Shown here: piece by piece, positions 6,660 through 15,846 of the stretch
How positions within the stretch are numbered: the stretch's first letter is position 1
Layout of the letters: the number at the start of each line of letters is the position of its first letter
Source of the DNA: a virus
Taxonomy: Duplodnaviria > Caudoviricetes
IMG/VR virus record: IMGVR_UViG_3300017548_000008
Coordinates: 1 to 32,643 of that record
Length of the DNA stretch: 32,643 nt
Strand: one strand, 5' to 3'
Translations under genes and position numbers: made by a program
Notes under the pieces: generated by a model
Seen by the model: only the letters and a program-made list of their open reading frames with translations
The model's database searches: none
Told to the model about the DNA's origin: nothing

Positions 6660-8792
6660 TCAATACTTCTTCTTGGCCGACGCCTTGCGTTCCATCTTGG
6701 CAAAGTAATCCTGGATGTCCTTGGACGTGGCCTTCACCCACTTGTTGTGGTTGCGAATGATGTAGAACCGATCTTGCCCATGCGGCGACCTCACCGGATT
6801 GCCGTTCGCCACCATCTGGGCGCCAGACTTCCGAAGCTCCCGGCCCAGGCCGTTTGCCGTCGTCCGCGTCTTCCCGGTCGGGTCATATAGCTCCAGCAAC
6901 TCGCGGTTCGTGAACAGGTCGCCTTCCACCACGACCTCGCCCACCTTCAATACTGCGTCGGGATCATTCAGCAACCTGTTGACCCAGCTGCCGAGGTCTG
7001 ACTTCACGTCGCTGATCATGCGGCGCTTGGCCTCAGTCATCATGGCACGGCCTGCCGGATTGAAGGCATCGGTGTTCCGCTGAAGCAGCCAGTGGAAGAT
7101 CGCCGCGGCGCCACCTGAGTCCAGCCAAAGCTCGTATTCCCGATACCAGTCCTCGTCGAGCGGGGCCACGACCACCTCGTGCACGAAGGTGCGGCGGTCG
7201 TCATCCTCGAGAAAGAAGGCGTCGGGCTGGTTCGACGTGAAAAGATAGTTGATGCAGTCCGGAATCTCGTAGGACGGGATGAACTTCGCGTTCACCCGCA
7301 GCGACTTCTGCGTGATGAGCTTCTTCAGGCGGTCGTTGTCCTCCCGCTTGTCGGTCCCCGTCACATCGTCACCCAGCACGAACTGCTTGTTCTCCGCCCA
7401 CTCATTGAATGAGGCGTGAAGCTCAGGCCCGCTGATTTCGGTAAAGTTCTTCCCGTAGATGCGGCCCAGCGAATAGCCGATGAGCGACTTCCCCGTGCCG
7501 TGCCGAATCCCGTAGATCAGGACCGAACTATAAAGCTTCATGCCCGGGTACTGCAACGGATAGGCGCACCAATCGAGAAACCACTCCTTCGCCCGCGGTT
7601 CTGCCCCGGTGAAGATGTGATCGACAAGCTGGAGAAATGGTTTGACGTCACCCTTCCTCGGCTCGACGCCCCAACCCTCCCACGTGTTCCAGGCGGTGCG
7701 CCGCGGGTGGTCTGCCTCGATGAACTTCGGCTTGCCCGGCGCGTACGTAAGTCTTCCTGCCTCGGACCTAAGTGGCCAGCTGATCCAGGCCTGGGCCCCG
7801 CTGACCGCCTTGAGGCTAAGCCGGCCGTCCTTCGACATCACGTTCTCGCTGTACGAGGCCGTGGCGTAGGCGTGGCTGGTAAAGGCGTTCGGCGACATCT
7901 TTGATCCCGTCTCACGATCGATGATGAGGCCGGGATTGTAGATGTAGATGACCTGGCTGTTGAGCTTCCAGAGAGATTGCACAAGGGTCAGCGGCTGCGC
8001 GGCCGTGCGCAAGAGGCCCGCCAACTCGTCGGCAGAACGTGCCACCAAGAAGTCGTCAAGCCCGGTCTTCGCCCCGTCCTCCAGGACCTCGGGCAGCGGC
8101 ACCACCTTGGGCAGGGCCCCGCGGGCCATGAGGGCCTCGGCCAGGCGGTTGAGGGCGGCGCACACGTTTTCATTGGCCCGGAAGTCGGAGTCGTAGATGA
8201 TATAGACATGTCGCTTGACCCAATTGACCTGCTCTAACTCCGGCAGGAAGTCGAAACCCAATTGGCTGGACTTGAAGCTGTCGACGCCGCCGAGGCCGAT
8301 GGTGGGATAGCCCTCCTTCGTCGCCTTGGCCGCCTTGAACTCACCCTCGGTGATGATGAGGGGCGCGTCGGGATCGGCCATGATCTTCACCCACGTCTGG
8401 CCGTCGGGCAGGTTGCGTGGGAAGTACGCGCACAGGCCAGAGCCAGGCGGCTGAATGTAGCGCTGCGGCTTCTTCTCGGCCAGGGCCGCAAAGTCAGTGG
8501 GCGATTCCAGGTAGCGAAGACGGAAGAACTGCGGCCACTTGGGCAGCGGGGTCAGTGGTTTGCTGGGGTCCTTGGGGTCCCAGTAGTTGATCCTGATCGA
8601 CGGCACCTGCCTGAAGAGGTGGTGCGTGCCGACCGTCTGCTTGGCCGTCAGCGCCTCCATGCCCAATAGCATGAGGTCATCGAGGTCGAGGCCAGAGCTG
8701 GTGACCTTGTCGATGACTAATTCGCGGTCTGACGGGGAGAGGTGATCGATGCCCTTGTACAGGGCCTTCTTGGATGTGCGACGGGTGGCCAT
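6660..8792 (-). CDS. DNA primase-helicase (DUF3854-type Toprim domain + SF3/D5-like P-loop helicase)
   Basis: Toprim motifs ITEGEFKA, YDSD, GLDD; Walker A GIRHGTGKS, Walker B FVLGDD, sensor FTSN. Confidence 0.88.
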   Translation of the reverse strand: MATRRTSKKALYKGIDHLSPSDRELVIDKVTSSGLDLDDLMLLGMEALTAKQTVGTHHLFRQVPSIRINYWDPKDPSKPLTPLPKWPQFFRLRYLESPTDFAALAEKKPQRYIQPPGSGLCAYFPRNLPDGQTWVKIMADPDAPLIITEGEFKAAKATKEGYPTIGLGGVDSFKSSQLGFDFLPELEQVNWVKRHVYIIYDSDFRANENVCAALNRLAEALMARGALPKVVPLPEVLEDGAKTGLDDFLVARSADELAGLLRTAAQPLTLVQSLWKLNSQVIYIYNPGLIIDRETGSKMSPNAFTSHAYATASYSENVMSKDGRLSLKAVSGAQAWISWPLRSEAGRLTYAPGKPKFIEADHPRRTAWNTWEGWGVEPRKGDVKPFLQLVDHIFTGAEPRAKEWFLDWCAYPLQYPGMKLYSSVLIYGIRHGTGKSLIGYSLGRIYGKNFTEISGPELHASFNEWAENKQFVLGDDVTGTDKREDNDRLKKLITQKSLRVNAKFIPSYEIPDCINYLFTSNQPDAFFLEDDDRRTFVHEVVVAPLDEDWYREYELWLDSGGAAAIFHWLLQRNTDAFNPAGRAMMTEAKRRMISDVKSDLGSWVNRLLNDPDAVLKVGEVVVEGDLFTNRELLELYDPTGKTRTTANGLGRELRKSGAQMVANGNPVRSPHGQDRFYIIRNHNKWVKATSKDIQDYFAKMERKASAKKKY

Positions 8793-8795
8793 ATA

Positions 8796-8828
8796 TCAGG
8801 CCCTTCCCGACTTGTTGGTTGTGGACAT
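8796..8828 (-). CDS. Putative 10-aa leader peptide (MSTTNKSGRA) in frame with the primase
   Basis: GGAG SD and GAGAAGAATCATG start context identical to that of gene 4165; stop followed by TAT-ATG of the primase. Confidence 0.4.
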   Translation of the reverse strand: MSTTNKSGRA

Positions 8829-8848
8829 GATTCTTCTCACTCCGATAC

Positions 8849-9190
8849 AGCCTGGCGCGACTGCCGGGCTTGCCCATAAAGCGACCGGTCCTCAGCAGTT
8901 GGTCACGGCCAAAATAACAATGCGCTTAGGGCAGGGCGGCCAACCGATCGTCAGTGTCAGGTCTCGAGCCGGCGGGAACGAGGTTGGGCCTGATAATCGA
9001 TTGGCCAGGTCTGGTTGCCCTGCCCTGAGCGCACTTTACCCGATGCTCAGCCACTGGGTAGAGGGGTCGACGATCCGCGTGAGACGGCCAAGGCTTGCTG
9101 AGGACCTTTGGGCGGAGAGCGAGAAGTTGGGTTCCGAGGCGCGACCAGTGGGACCCCTGCCAAGGAGCAGGAACCGGCGACGCCAACGAA
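8849..9190 (+). ncRNA. Putative large structured RNA, antisense to the primase leader
   Basis: At least five hairpins including a 22-bp stem 8921-8942/9012-9033; the wobble pairs are G-U on the plus strand. Confidence 0.55.
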
Positions 9191-9241
9191 GAACCCCACG
9201 CACTTAATGCCCTCGGCCGATACGGACCGTCGACGAGACGG

Positions 9242-9270
9242 ATTCTAGACTGACCTTCGAAGAAAGTAAA
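9242..9270 (-). promoter_or_regulatory. Sigma70 promoter for the primase operon (about 440-nt leader)
   Basis: TTTACT-17 bp-TAGAAT. Confidence 0.65.
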
Positions 9271-9305
9271 ACGGCTGACCGTAACCTCCGCGGCCAGAGA
9301 ATTTA

Positions 9306-9902
9306 CTAGTAACCGCCAGGCAGTGGCAACTCGCCAGGGCTGTCCTTGGTCGACGGCCTGCCCCGCGAGGCACCACGCGGCGTATTGGCCAAGACCCTCT
9401 GCTGGCCCTTGTCTAGGATGCCGATCCTGGTGAGGACATCGACCAATGATTCGCGCTTGGCCACGTTGACCGCGGTGAATTTGATGCTGGGCACACGCGG
9501 AATTTTCTCGGTCACGGTGGTCAGATAGTTGATGTCGCGACTTATCCGTCCCCGCCCCGTGCTCATTTGGCAGCGAAAACTGTGGATCTTGATCCCCATC
9601 AACGTCGCGACTTCTGCCGGCGTGTCAATGTAGATGGTGCCAAGCTGGGCACCCCCGTAGACGGGAACGTTGAATATCTCCATCCTATAGCAGTACGGAT
9701 TGGTCGCGGATCGCACGGCCTGGCCATGTTTTTCCCGCCTTTCCAGGGTCCACGAGGTCGAACGTCCGTCGCTGTAGAAGATCTTGCGCTGCTCGTCGGC
9801 CCACTTGTTGAGGCGTTCGAGCATCTTCTTGTCGCCACCCGCCAGGGCACCAAGCCCGTCGACTAGCGTCTCGAAAATCAGTTCCTTTTCCGTCTTGTTC
9901 AT
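9306..9902 (-). CDS. Basic hypothetical protein, possibly DNA-binding
   Basis: 198-aa ORF; HTH-like TPAEVATLMGIKIHSFRCQMS and a NUMOD3-like WTLERREKH stretch (weak). Confidence 0.6.
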   Translation of the reverse strand: MNKTEKELIFETLVDGLGALAGGDKKMLERLNKWADEQRKIFYSDGRSTSWTLERREKHGQAVRSATNPYCYRMEIFNVPVYGGAQLGTIYIDTPAEVATLMGIKIHSFRCQMSTGRGRISRDINYLTTVTEKIPRVPSIKFTAVNVAKRESLVDVLTRIGILDKGQQRVLANTPRGASRGRPSTKDSPGELPLPGGY

Positions 9903-10088
9903 CTTCAGGGGCCCTCGTAAGGTGTATAAGGTATATAACAGACCATTATTGGAATCAATATTTAATTCCGTGTAGATGGAATTCGATTATAGCGCATTCG
10001 GCCAAGAACCTTGCACTTTGGCCCATTTGCTGGTACAGATCGCCCAGGGCCGAAATCACAAATTGTGGAGAATAGTGGAAAAACATGA

Positions 10089-10424
10089 GCTACGGCAGGA
10101 GGGACATCAAAATTGAGCCGCTACAGAATTCGCCCCGCTACGAAACCCTAATTCTCTATCTAACTAATATTTTAAAAAATAGAATATGATAATAATCCTA
10201 TTATAACCATCTATCTCTAATAACCTTACTATCTTATATATTCTATTTTTTAATTTTTGACTTCTATCTAGAAAAAGAGATTTGTAGTAGTAAAGCTCTC
10301 TAAGTACTTGATTTTTAAGGCCATTTGGCCTTTTGGGCTCCGCCGCGTTCTGTATCAGGAGGGCCATTCTGGGTGCCAAACTGCCCCGAGAGCATTGCCA
10401 GGGCATCATCTCGGCCATTTGGCC
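10089..10424. other. AT-rich non-coding region, candidate replication origin or packaging site
   Basis: 10151-10320 is 22% GC (37/170 counted by hand); short repeats; lies at the strand switch between replication and packaging genes. Confidence 0.55.
10301..10313 (-). promoter_or_regulatory. IHF-binding site
   Basis: TAAGTACTTGATT is an exact reverse-complement match to WATCAANNNNTTR. Confidence 0.6.
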
Positions 10425-10631
10425 CCGTAGGAAAATGGGCAACACAGTGGCCTTTGTGGTCTCAAGATGTGTTTGTGATTGCGAATCGAGTATAGAATCG
10501 GCTCCGTCGTCGCCACGGCGCTCAGAGCCTTTGTGATGCTCACAAAATGTGGGTATTGCACTCACATTGAGCATAACTGCTCTGTGCATCGTGCCGTGGC
10601 CGCTCAACCGGGATTCGCAGGAGTTGTGGTC

Positions 10632-11222
10632 ATGGCCACAAAATCAACCACCACAAAGAAGACATCGCCCGCGCCGGCGGCAAAGTCCAGCGCAAAGCCT
10701 GGGCCAAAACCCAAGGCGTCGGCCAAGAAGACCGATCGCCACACCAAGGGCTACGCGCCGACCAGTGGGCTCGGACGCACCAGTCAGATTCGCAAGGGCA
10801 CAGACAAGATACCGGTGCCCGAGGACTCGGAAATTCCGATCAAGCGAAATCCCTCCCTGCACATCGCAGCAGCCGTCACGCGCCGCGGCAAACGAAGCAT
10901 GTTGACCAACGAGCAACGTCGCATGCTGGCACGGGCCACTGAGGGCCTGTCGCCCCTGGAGTTCGCCCTGTCCACCCTGCGCGATGAAATGGCCAGCCAA
11001 TCGGCACGCCAATGGGCCGCAGAGGTGCTCATGCCCTACGTGCACTATCGACTGCCCACATCGCCCGCCAGTCAGAACACCACCACCCGCGCCGGTGTGC
11101 TCGTGGTGCCAGGCCAGTTGACGCAAGAGGAGTGGATCGCGCAGTACGCCGCCCAGCCAGCCGACGTCGTGGACATCGAGTTCAAGGACGTGACCGATCT
11201 GACGAGCGACAAGAATGCTTGA
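10632..11222 (+). CDS. terS: Terminase small subunit (putative)
   Basis: Overlaps the start of TerL; AGGAG SD; SPLEF..L.D......R.WAAE.LMPYVH pattern; Lys/Pro-rich N-terminus. Confidence 0.7.
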   Translation: MATKSTTTKKTSPAPAAKSSAKPGPKPKASAKKTDRHTKGYAPTSGLGRTSQIRKGTDKIPVPEDSEIPIKRNPSLHIAAAVTRRGKRSMLTNEQRRMLARATEGLSPLEFALSTLRDEMASQSARQWAAEVLMPYVHYRLPTSPASQNTTTRAGVLVVPGQLTQEEWIAQYAAQPADVVDIEFKDVTDLTSDKNA

Positions 11223-12738
11223 CAACCTCCAACAGATCTACGCCAACCAGGGCCTGGAGTTCGTCAGGCGAATGGAGACCGCCCAGCTGGGTGAGCCTCG
11301 ACGCGTCTGGACCCCGCAGTACGGCGCCCAGATGAAGTTCATGAGTTGCCCGCTGTTCGAGGTCCTGATGGAGGGGCCGCGTGGTGGCGGCAAGACTGAT
11401 ACGCTCATCATGGACTTCGCCCAGCACGTGGGCGTGGGCTTCGGCCCTGAGTGGCGGGGCATCCTGTTCCGCCGCACCTTCCCCGAACTGCAGGACGTGG
11501 TCAACAAGACCAAGAAGTGGTTCTGGCAGATTTGGCCTGAGGCCAAGTTCAATGAGGCCCGGTACTACTGGGTCTGGCCCACGGGCGAGATGCTCCTGCT
11601 CCGCCAGTTCCTCCGCGACGACGACTACTGGAAATATCACGGCCACGCCTACCCATGGATCGGATGGGAGGAGCTCTGCACGTGGCCCACCCTGTCTGGC
11701 TATACCCGCATGTTCTCCTGCTGCCGGTCCACGGTGCCCGGCATCCCCCGCAAGGTTCGTGCCACGACCAACCCATATGGGCCAGGACACAACGTGGTCA
11801 AACACCGCTTCCGCCTGCCCGCCTGGTCCAATGCCCCGATCATGGACAGCACGGACGACGATGGCGAGCTGGAGCCACCGCGCATCGCGATCCACTCCAC
11901 CCTGGATGAGAACATCATCCTCATGAAGGCGGACCCGAAGTACAAGAGCCGGATTCGCGCGGCAGCCCGCAATGAGGCGGAGAAGGCCGCGTGGCTTAAG
12001 GGCAGCTGGGACATCGTGGCCGGCGGCATGTTCGATGACCTCTGGAATAAGAACATTCACGTAGTCCAACCCTTCCGCATCCCCAACACGTGGCGCATCG
12101 ACATCAGCTTCGACTGGGGCAGCAGCAAGCCCTTCTCGGTTGGCTGGTGGGCCCGGTCTGACGGATCTGACGTCACGATGCCTGACGGCTCGGTACGCAG
12201 CACCGTGCGCGGAGATCTCTTCCGCATCGCCGAGTGGTATGGGTGGAATGGGCAACCGAACGAGGGCCTACAGATGGTGGCCACACAGATCAGCAAGGGC
12301 ATCGTGCAGCGCGAGCTCAAGTGGGGACTGCATGGCCGCGTGAAGCCAGGCCCCGCGGACTCGAGCATCTGGACCGTGGAGAACGGCAACTGTGTGGCCA
12401 CGGACATGGAGAAGCGGGTTAAGATCGCGGGCAAGGAATTCTCCGGCGTCTACTTCACCAAGGCGGACAAGTCTGACCGCAAGGCCCGGTGGCAGCAGGT
12501 GCGCAAGTATCTGTTCAACGCCCTGCCCAACAAGGACGGTACGCCGCGCGAGAATCCAGGTCTGTTCATCTTCGCCCATTGCGACCAGTTCATTCGCACC
12601 GTGCCCGTATTACAGCGCGACGAGAAAGACCTCGACGACATCGATAGCGACGCAGAAGATCACATTGCCGACGAACTAGGTTATCGCGTGCGGGCCGAGG
12701 GCCGTGGCGCCAAGTCTGGCCGCACCAAGGGACTTTAA
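11215..12738 (+). CDS. terL: Terminase large subunit
   Basis: Walker A GPRGGGKT, Walker B WIGWEE, coupling motif TTNP, nuclease motifs SFDWG and EDHIADE. Confidence 0.95.
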   Translation: MLDNLQQIYANQGLEFVRRMETAQLGEPRRVWTPQYGAQMKFMSCPLFEVLMEGPRGGGKTDTLIMDFAQHVGVGFGPEWRGILFRRTFPELQDVVNKTKKWFWQIWPEAKFNEARYYWVWPTGEMLLLRQFLRDDDYWKYHGHAYPWIGWEELCTWPTLSGYTRMFSCCRSTVPGIPRKVRATTNPYGPGHNVVKHRFRLPAWSNAPIMDSTDDDGELEPPRIAIHSTLDENIILMKADPKYKSRIRAAARNEAEKAAWLKGSWDIVAGGMFDDLWNKNIHVVQPFRIPNTWRIDISFDWGSSKPFSVGWWARSDGSDVTMPDGSVRSTVRGDLFRIAEWYGWNGQPNEGLQMVATQISKGIVQRELKWGLHGRVKPGPADSSIWTVENGNCVATDMEKRVKIAGKEFSGVYFTKADKSDRKARWQQVRKYLFNALPNKDGTPRENPGLFIFAHCDQFIRTVPVLQRDEKDLDDIDSDAEDHIADELGYRVRAEGRGAKSGRTKGL

Positions 12739-12759
12739 TCCAAACACACTGAGGACATC

Positions 12760-14301
12760 ATGGCCGACAAGGACAGCAACATCAAGGAAAAGAATCCGGC
12801 GTACGCCCGGTTCATCGACGATTGGCAGCGCATGTCAGACACCTATGAGGGCGAGCGTGCCGTCAAGGAACGTGGCACCGAATACCTGCCGCCCACGGCT
12901 GGCATGCTGCTAGACGGCATGGCCGCTGGCAAGCCCGGCGCCACTGCCTACAACGCATACCTCAAGCGCGCGGTGTTCCACAACTTCGTAGCCGATGCTG
13001 TGGAGGCCATGCTTGGCTTCATGCACCAGCAGCCGCCCACCATCGAACTTCCAGCCCAGATGGAGGACCTGCGCGAGAAGGCCACGGTCTATGGCGAATC
13101 TCTCGAGCTTCTGCTGCGGCGCATCAACGAGCAGCAGCTGGTCATGGGCCGCATTGGCCTATACGCTGACCTGCCCGCCACCCCGCAGGTCGGTCCTGTG
13201 ATGCCGTACATTGTGACCTACTCGGCCAAGAACATCATCAACTGGGATGATGGGACCACGGACGAGGATCAACTGTCCAGCCTGAGCATGGTGGTGCTGG
13301 ATGAGACCAGCGCGATGCGTGGCACTGGCCTATCCTGGTACGAGGTGGAACAGTACCGGGTCCTGCTGCTCGGGCCCCTGGACGACACCGAGGGTGCCCC
13401 GGCCAATGTCTACCAGGTGGGCGTGTTCCGCAATCCCGTCGAGTCGGTGCCTACACCCGAGGGCATTGCCACAAGCCTGGACTTCGTGCAATCGGCCATG
13501 AAGACCCCGGTGCTGATGGGACAAACCCTCGACCAGATCCCCTTCGTGTTTGTCAACTCGAAGGACATCGTACCCACGCCCGACAATCCGCCATTCTTGG
13601 AGCTGGCCAACCTGTGCCTGGCCATCTACCGCCTGGAGGCCGACTACCGCCAGACCCTGCATAAACAGGGCCAGGACACGTTGGTCACCATTGGCGCCCG
13701 GCACCGCGACACTGACGATGGCGAGTGGCGCATCGGCTCCGGGGCCTCGATCGATGTTGAAATCGGCGGCGACGCGAAGTTCATTGGCATCTCGGCCGAC
13801 GGCATTGGCGGTCAGCGCCAGGCCCTGGAGGACGACAAGCAGCAGGCGCAGTCCAAGGCCGGGGCCCTTCTGACGAATGACAACAGCAACAGCAATGAGT
13901 CGGGCGAGGCACTTGCCATCCGGGTCGCTGCGCGCACGGCCACCCTGACCCAGATCGCCAAGGCGGGTGCTGCAGGCCTCGAGAAGATCTTGCGCATCAT
14001 CGCCAAGTGGCGTGGCCTGGACCCCGAGCAGGTGAAGGTGACGCCGAACACCGACTTCGCCAAGGGTGACCTGACCGGCCAAGACCTGGTACAGCTGATG
14101 ACGGCCAAGCGCCTGGGTGCCCCAATCAGCCTCGACACCGTACACGAGATCATGGCGGACCGCGGCCTCACCTCCAAGACCTTCGACGATGAACTCAAGG
14201 AGATGGAAAGCGAGGAGGACCTTGGCCTGGGTCTTGGTCTCGGCACCGGCACGGGGGCAGGTGGAAATCCGACGCCGCAGAACCAACCGCCCCAGGAGTA
14301 A
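12760..14301 (+). CDS. Portal protein (DUF4055-like)
   Basis: Follows TerL; YLP...Y..YL.RA.F.N, IPFVFV, NESGEAL motifs. Confidence 0.88.
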   Translation: MADKDSNIKEKNPAYARFIDDWQRMSDTYEGERAVKERGTEYLPPTAGMLLDGMAAGKPGATAYNAYLKRAVFHNFVADAVEAMLGFMHQQPPTIELPAQMEDLREKATVYGESLELLLRRINEQQLVMGRIGLYADLPATPQVGPVMPYIVTYSAKNIINWDDGTTDEDQLSSLSMVVLDETSAMRGTGLSWYEVEQYRVLLLGPLDDTEGAPANVYQVGVFRNPVESVPTPEGIATSLDFVQSAMKTPVLMGQTLDQIPFVFVNSKDIVPTPDNPPFLELANLCLAIYRLEADYRQTLHKQGQDTLVTIGARHRDTDDGEWRIGSGASIDVEIGGDAKFIGISADGIGGQRQALEDDKQQAQSKAGALLTNDNSNSNESGEALAIRVAARTATLTQIAKAGAAGLEKILRIIAKWRGLDPEQVKVTPNTDFAKGDLTGQDLVQLMTAKRLGAPISLDTVHEIMADRGLTSKTFDDELKEMESEEDLGLGLGLGTGTGAGGNPTPQNQPPQE

Positions 14302-14304
14302 TCC

Positions 14305-15531
14305 ATGGCCACCAAGAAGCCCTCCTCGCGGGGTCCACTTACGGCCAATGAGGCCTTTTTGGAGGCGATGATCCGCCACCAGATGGGCCTCATCGAGTTC
14401 GCTGGCTACGTAGGTCGCCGCGTGGTGGGCCTGCTGAACCGCACCGAGCAGGAGTTGGCGGACCGCATTCGCAGCCGATTGCTCAACAACGCAGGCCTCA
14501 CCACCCCGGCCGAGGTGCGCCGCTACGAGTTGCTGATCGCCCTGATCACGAAGATCCGCACCGACGCCTTCACCAAGGCCACGGAGGAATGGACCCAGCA
14601 GATGGTGGATCTGGCCAAGGCCGAGGCACAGTTCGTCAACGCCACCACGCTCACGACATCACCGGTCGTGGTACAGACCGCATTGCCCACGGCCCTGCAG
14701 CTTCGCCGCATCGCCCTGAGCCGCCCGTTCCAGGGGCGAATCCTCAAGGACTGGGCCAGCACCATCCTGAGCGAGGACCTGGCCAGGATCCGCGGCGAGA
14801 TCCAGGCAGGCATGGTGGCAGGTGAGACCTCGGTGAACATTGCCCGGCGCATTGTCGGAACCGCCCAGCTGCGTGGCGGCGATGGTGTGACGGAGATCAC
14901 ACGCCGTGCCGCCATGGCGCTGACGCGAACTGCCACAAACCACGTGGCCACGGCGACGCGCAACGAGTTCTACGCCGACAACTCGGACCTGTTCGACGAG
15001 GAGCAGTTCGTGGCCACGCTCGACAGTCGCACCACCCTGGTCTGCGCGTCAAATGACGGCAAGCGCTTCCCCATCGGCAGGGGACCGATGCCGCCGCTCC
15101 ACTGGAACTGCCGGTCACTGCGCGTGCCCGCCCTCGACGGCCAGGAGCTCTCTGCCAGACCCGCCAAGGCCATCACCGAGCAACAGATCCTTCGTGAGTT
15201 CAACGAGGCCAATGGCACCTCGGCCCGCAGCCGCAAGGACCTGCCGCGTGGGACCAAGGGCCAGTACGACGCATATCGGCGCACGCGGATTCGACAGATG
15301 ACCGGTCAGGTGCCTGGCACGACGAACTATCAGACATTCCTGAGGAATCAGTCGGCCGAGTTTCAGAACGACGTCCTTGGCATCACAAAGGCCAAGCTGT
15401 TCCGCGACGGCGGTCTGTCCCTGGACCGCTTCGTGGCGCGTGATGGCAAGGAGTTGAGCCTGGCCCAGCTGGCCCAGCGCGATGCCGCCGCCTTCAGGGC
15501 CGCGGGCCTTGATCCCGAGAACTATTTGTGA
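14305..15531 (+). CDS. Minor head/morphogenesis protein (SPP1 gp7 / Mu F-like)
   Basis: ATLDSRTTLVC ... PPLHWNCRS motif. Confidence 0.9.
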   Translation: MATKKPSSRGPLTANEAFLEAMIRHQMGLIEFAGYVGRRVVGLLNRTEQELADRIRSRLLNNAGLTTPAEVRRYELLIALITKIRTDAFTKATEEWTQQMVDLAKAEAQFVNATTLTTSPVVVQTALPTALQLRRIALSRPFQGRILKDWASTILSEDLARIRGEIQAGMVAGETSVNIARRIVGTAQLRGGDGVTEITRRAAMALTRTATNHVATATRNEFYADNSDLFDEEQFVATLDSRTTLVCASNDGKRFPIGRGPMPPLHWNCRSLRVPALDGQELSARPAKAITEQQILREFNEANGTSARSRKDLPRGTKGQYDAYRRTRIRQMTGQVPGTTNYQTFLRNQSAEFQNDVLGITKAKLFRDGGLSLDRFVARDGKELSLAQLAQRDAAAFRAAGLDPENYL

Positions 15532-15538
15532 GGAAACC

Positions 15539-15826
15539 ATGAGGCTCAGCATCGATGAATACAACACCTATGACGAGGAGACGCGGAACTTGCTGCACCA
15601 TGTTGAGATCTACCTCAATGACGAACGACAACCGGCCGGGGTAATTGTGGCCGATGAGGAGGGAGGCTATATAATCCGATACGCACGAGACGACACGGGA
15701 AATCTCAAGATCATCCGTGGTGACGATTGCTACGAGACCGAGCGCGTCGACGGCGCGGTAAAGATCGTCGATCGTCGCACCCTGCCTGGATACCAATTAC
15801 CTTTGCCACTGGCCGCTGAGGCCTAA
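15539..15826 (+). CDS. Hypothetical acidic protein, 95 aa
   Basis: GAGGAAACC-ATG; sits between minor head and scaffold genes. Confidence 0.7.
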   Translation: MRLSIDEYNTYDEETRNLLHHVEIYLNDERQPAGVIVADEEGGYIIRYARDDTGNLKIIRGDDCYETERVDGAVKIVDRRTLPGYQLPLPLAAEA

Positions 15827-15846
15827 TCTCAACCGGGAGTTTTACA

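Noticed and set aside
8921-9033. Long GGAA-capped hairpin as SRP (4.5S) RNA or tRNA
   Set aside because: The conserved SRP domain IV internal loops next to the tetraloop are absent; no cloverleaf or T-loop consensus
8749-9207. ORFs 8749-9207 (+) and 8926-9186 (-)
   Set aside because: No SD, atypical composition, and they overlap a densely base-paired region better explained as non-coding
9986-10498. Sigma70 promoters for 9306-9902 (TATAAT, 9991-9986) and terS (TAGAAT, 10493-10498)
   Set aside because: Good -10 hexamers but no -35 at 16-18 bp; may be activator-dependent, not supportable from sequence alone
10164-10607. 147-aa minus-strand ORF across the AT-rich island
   Set aside because: Composition shifts abruptly and codon usage is unlike the phage genes; probably spurious
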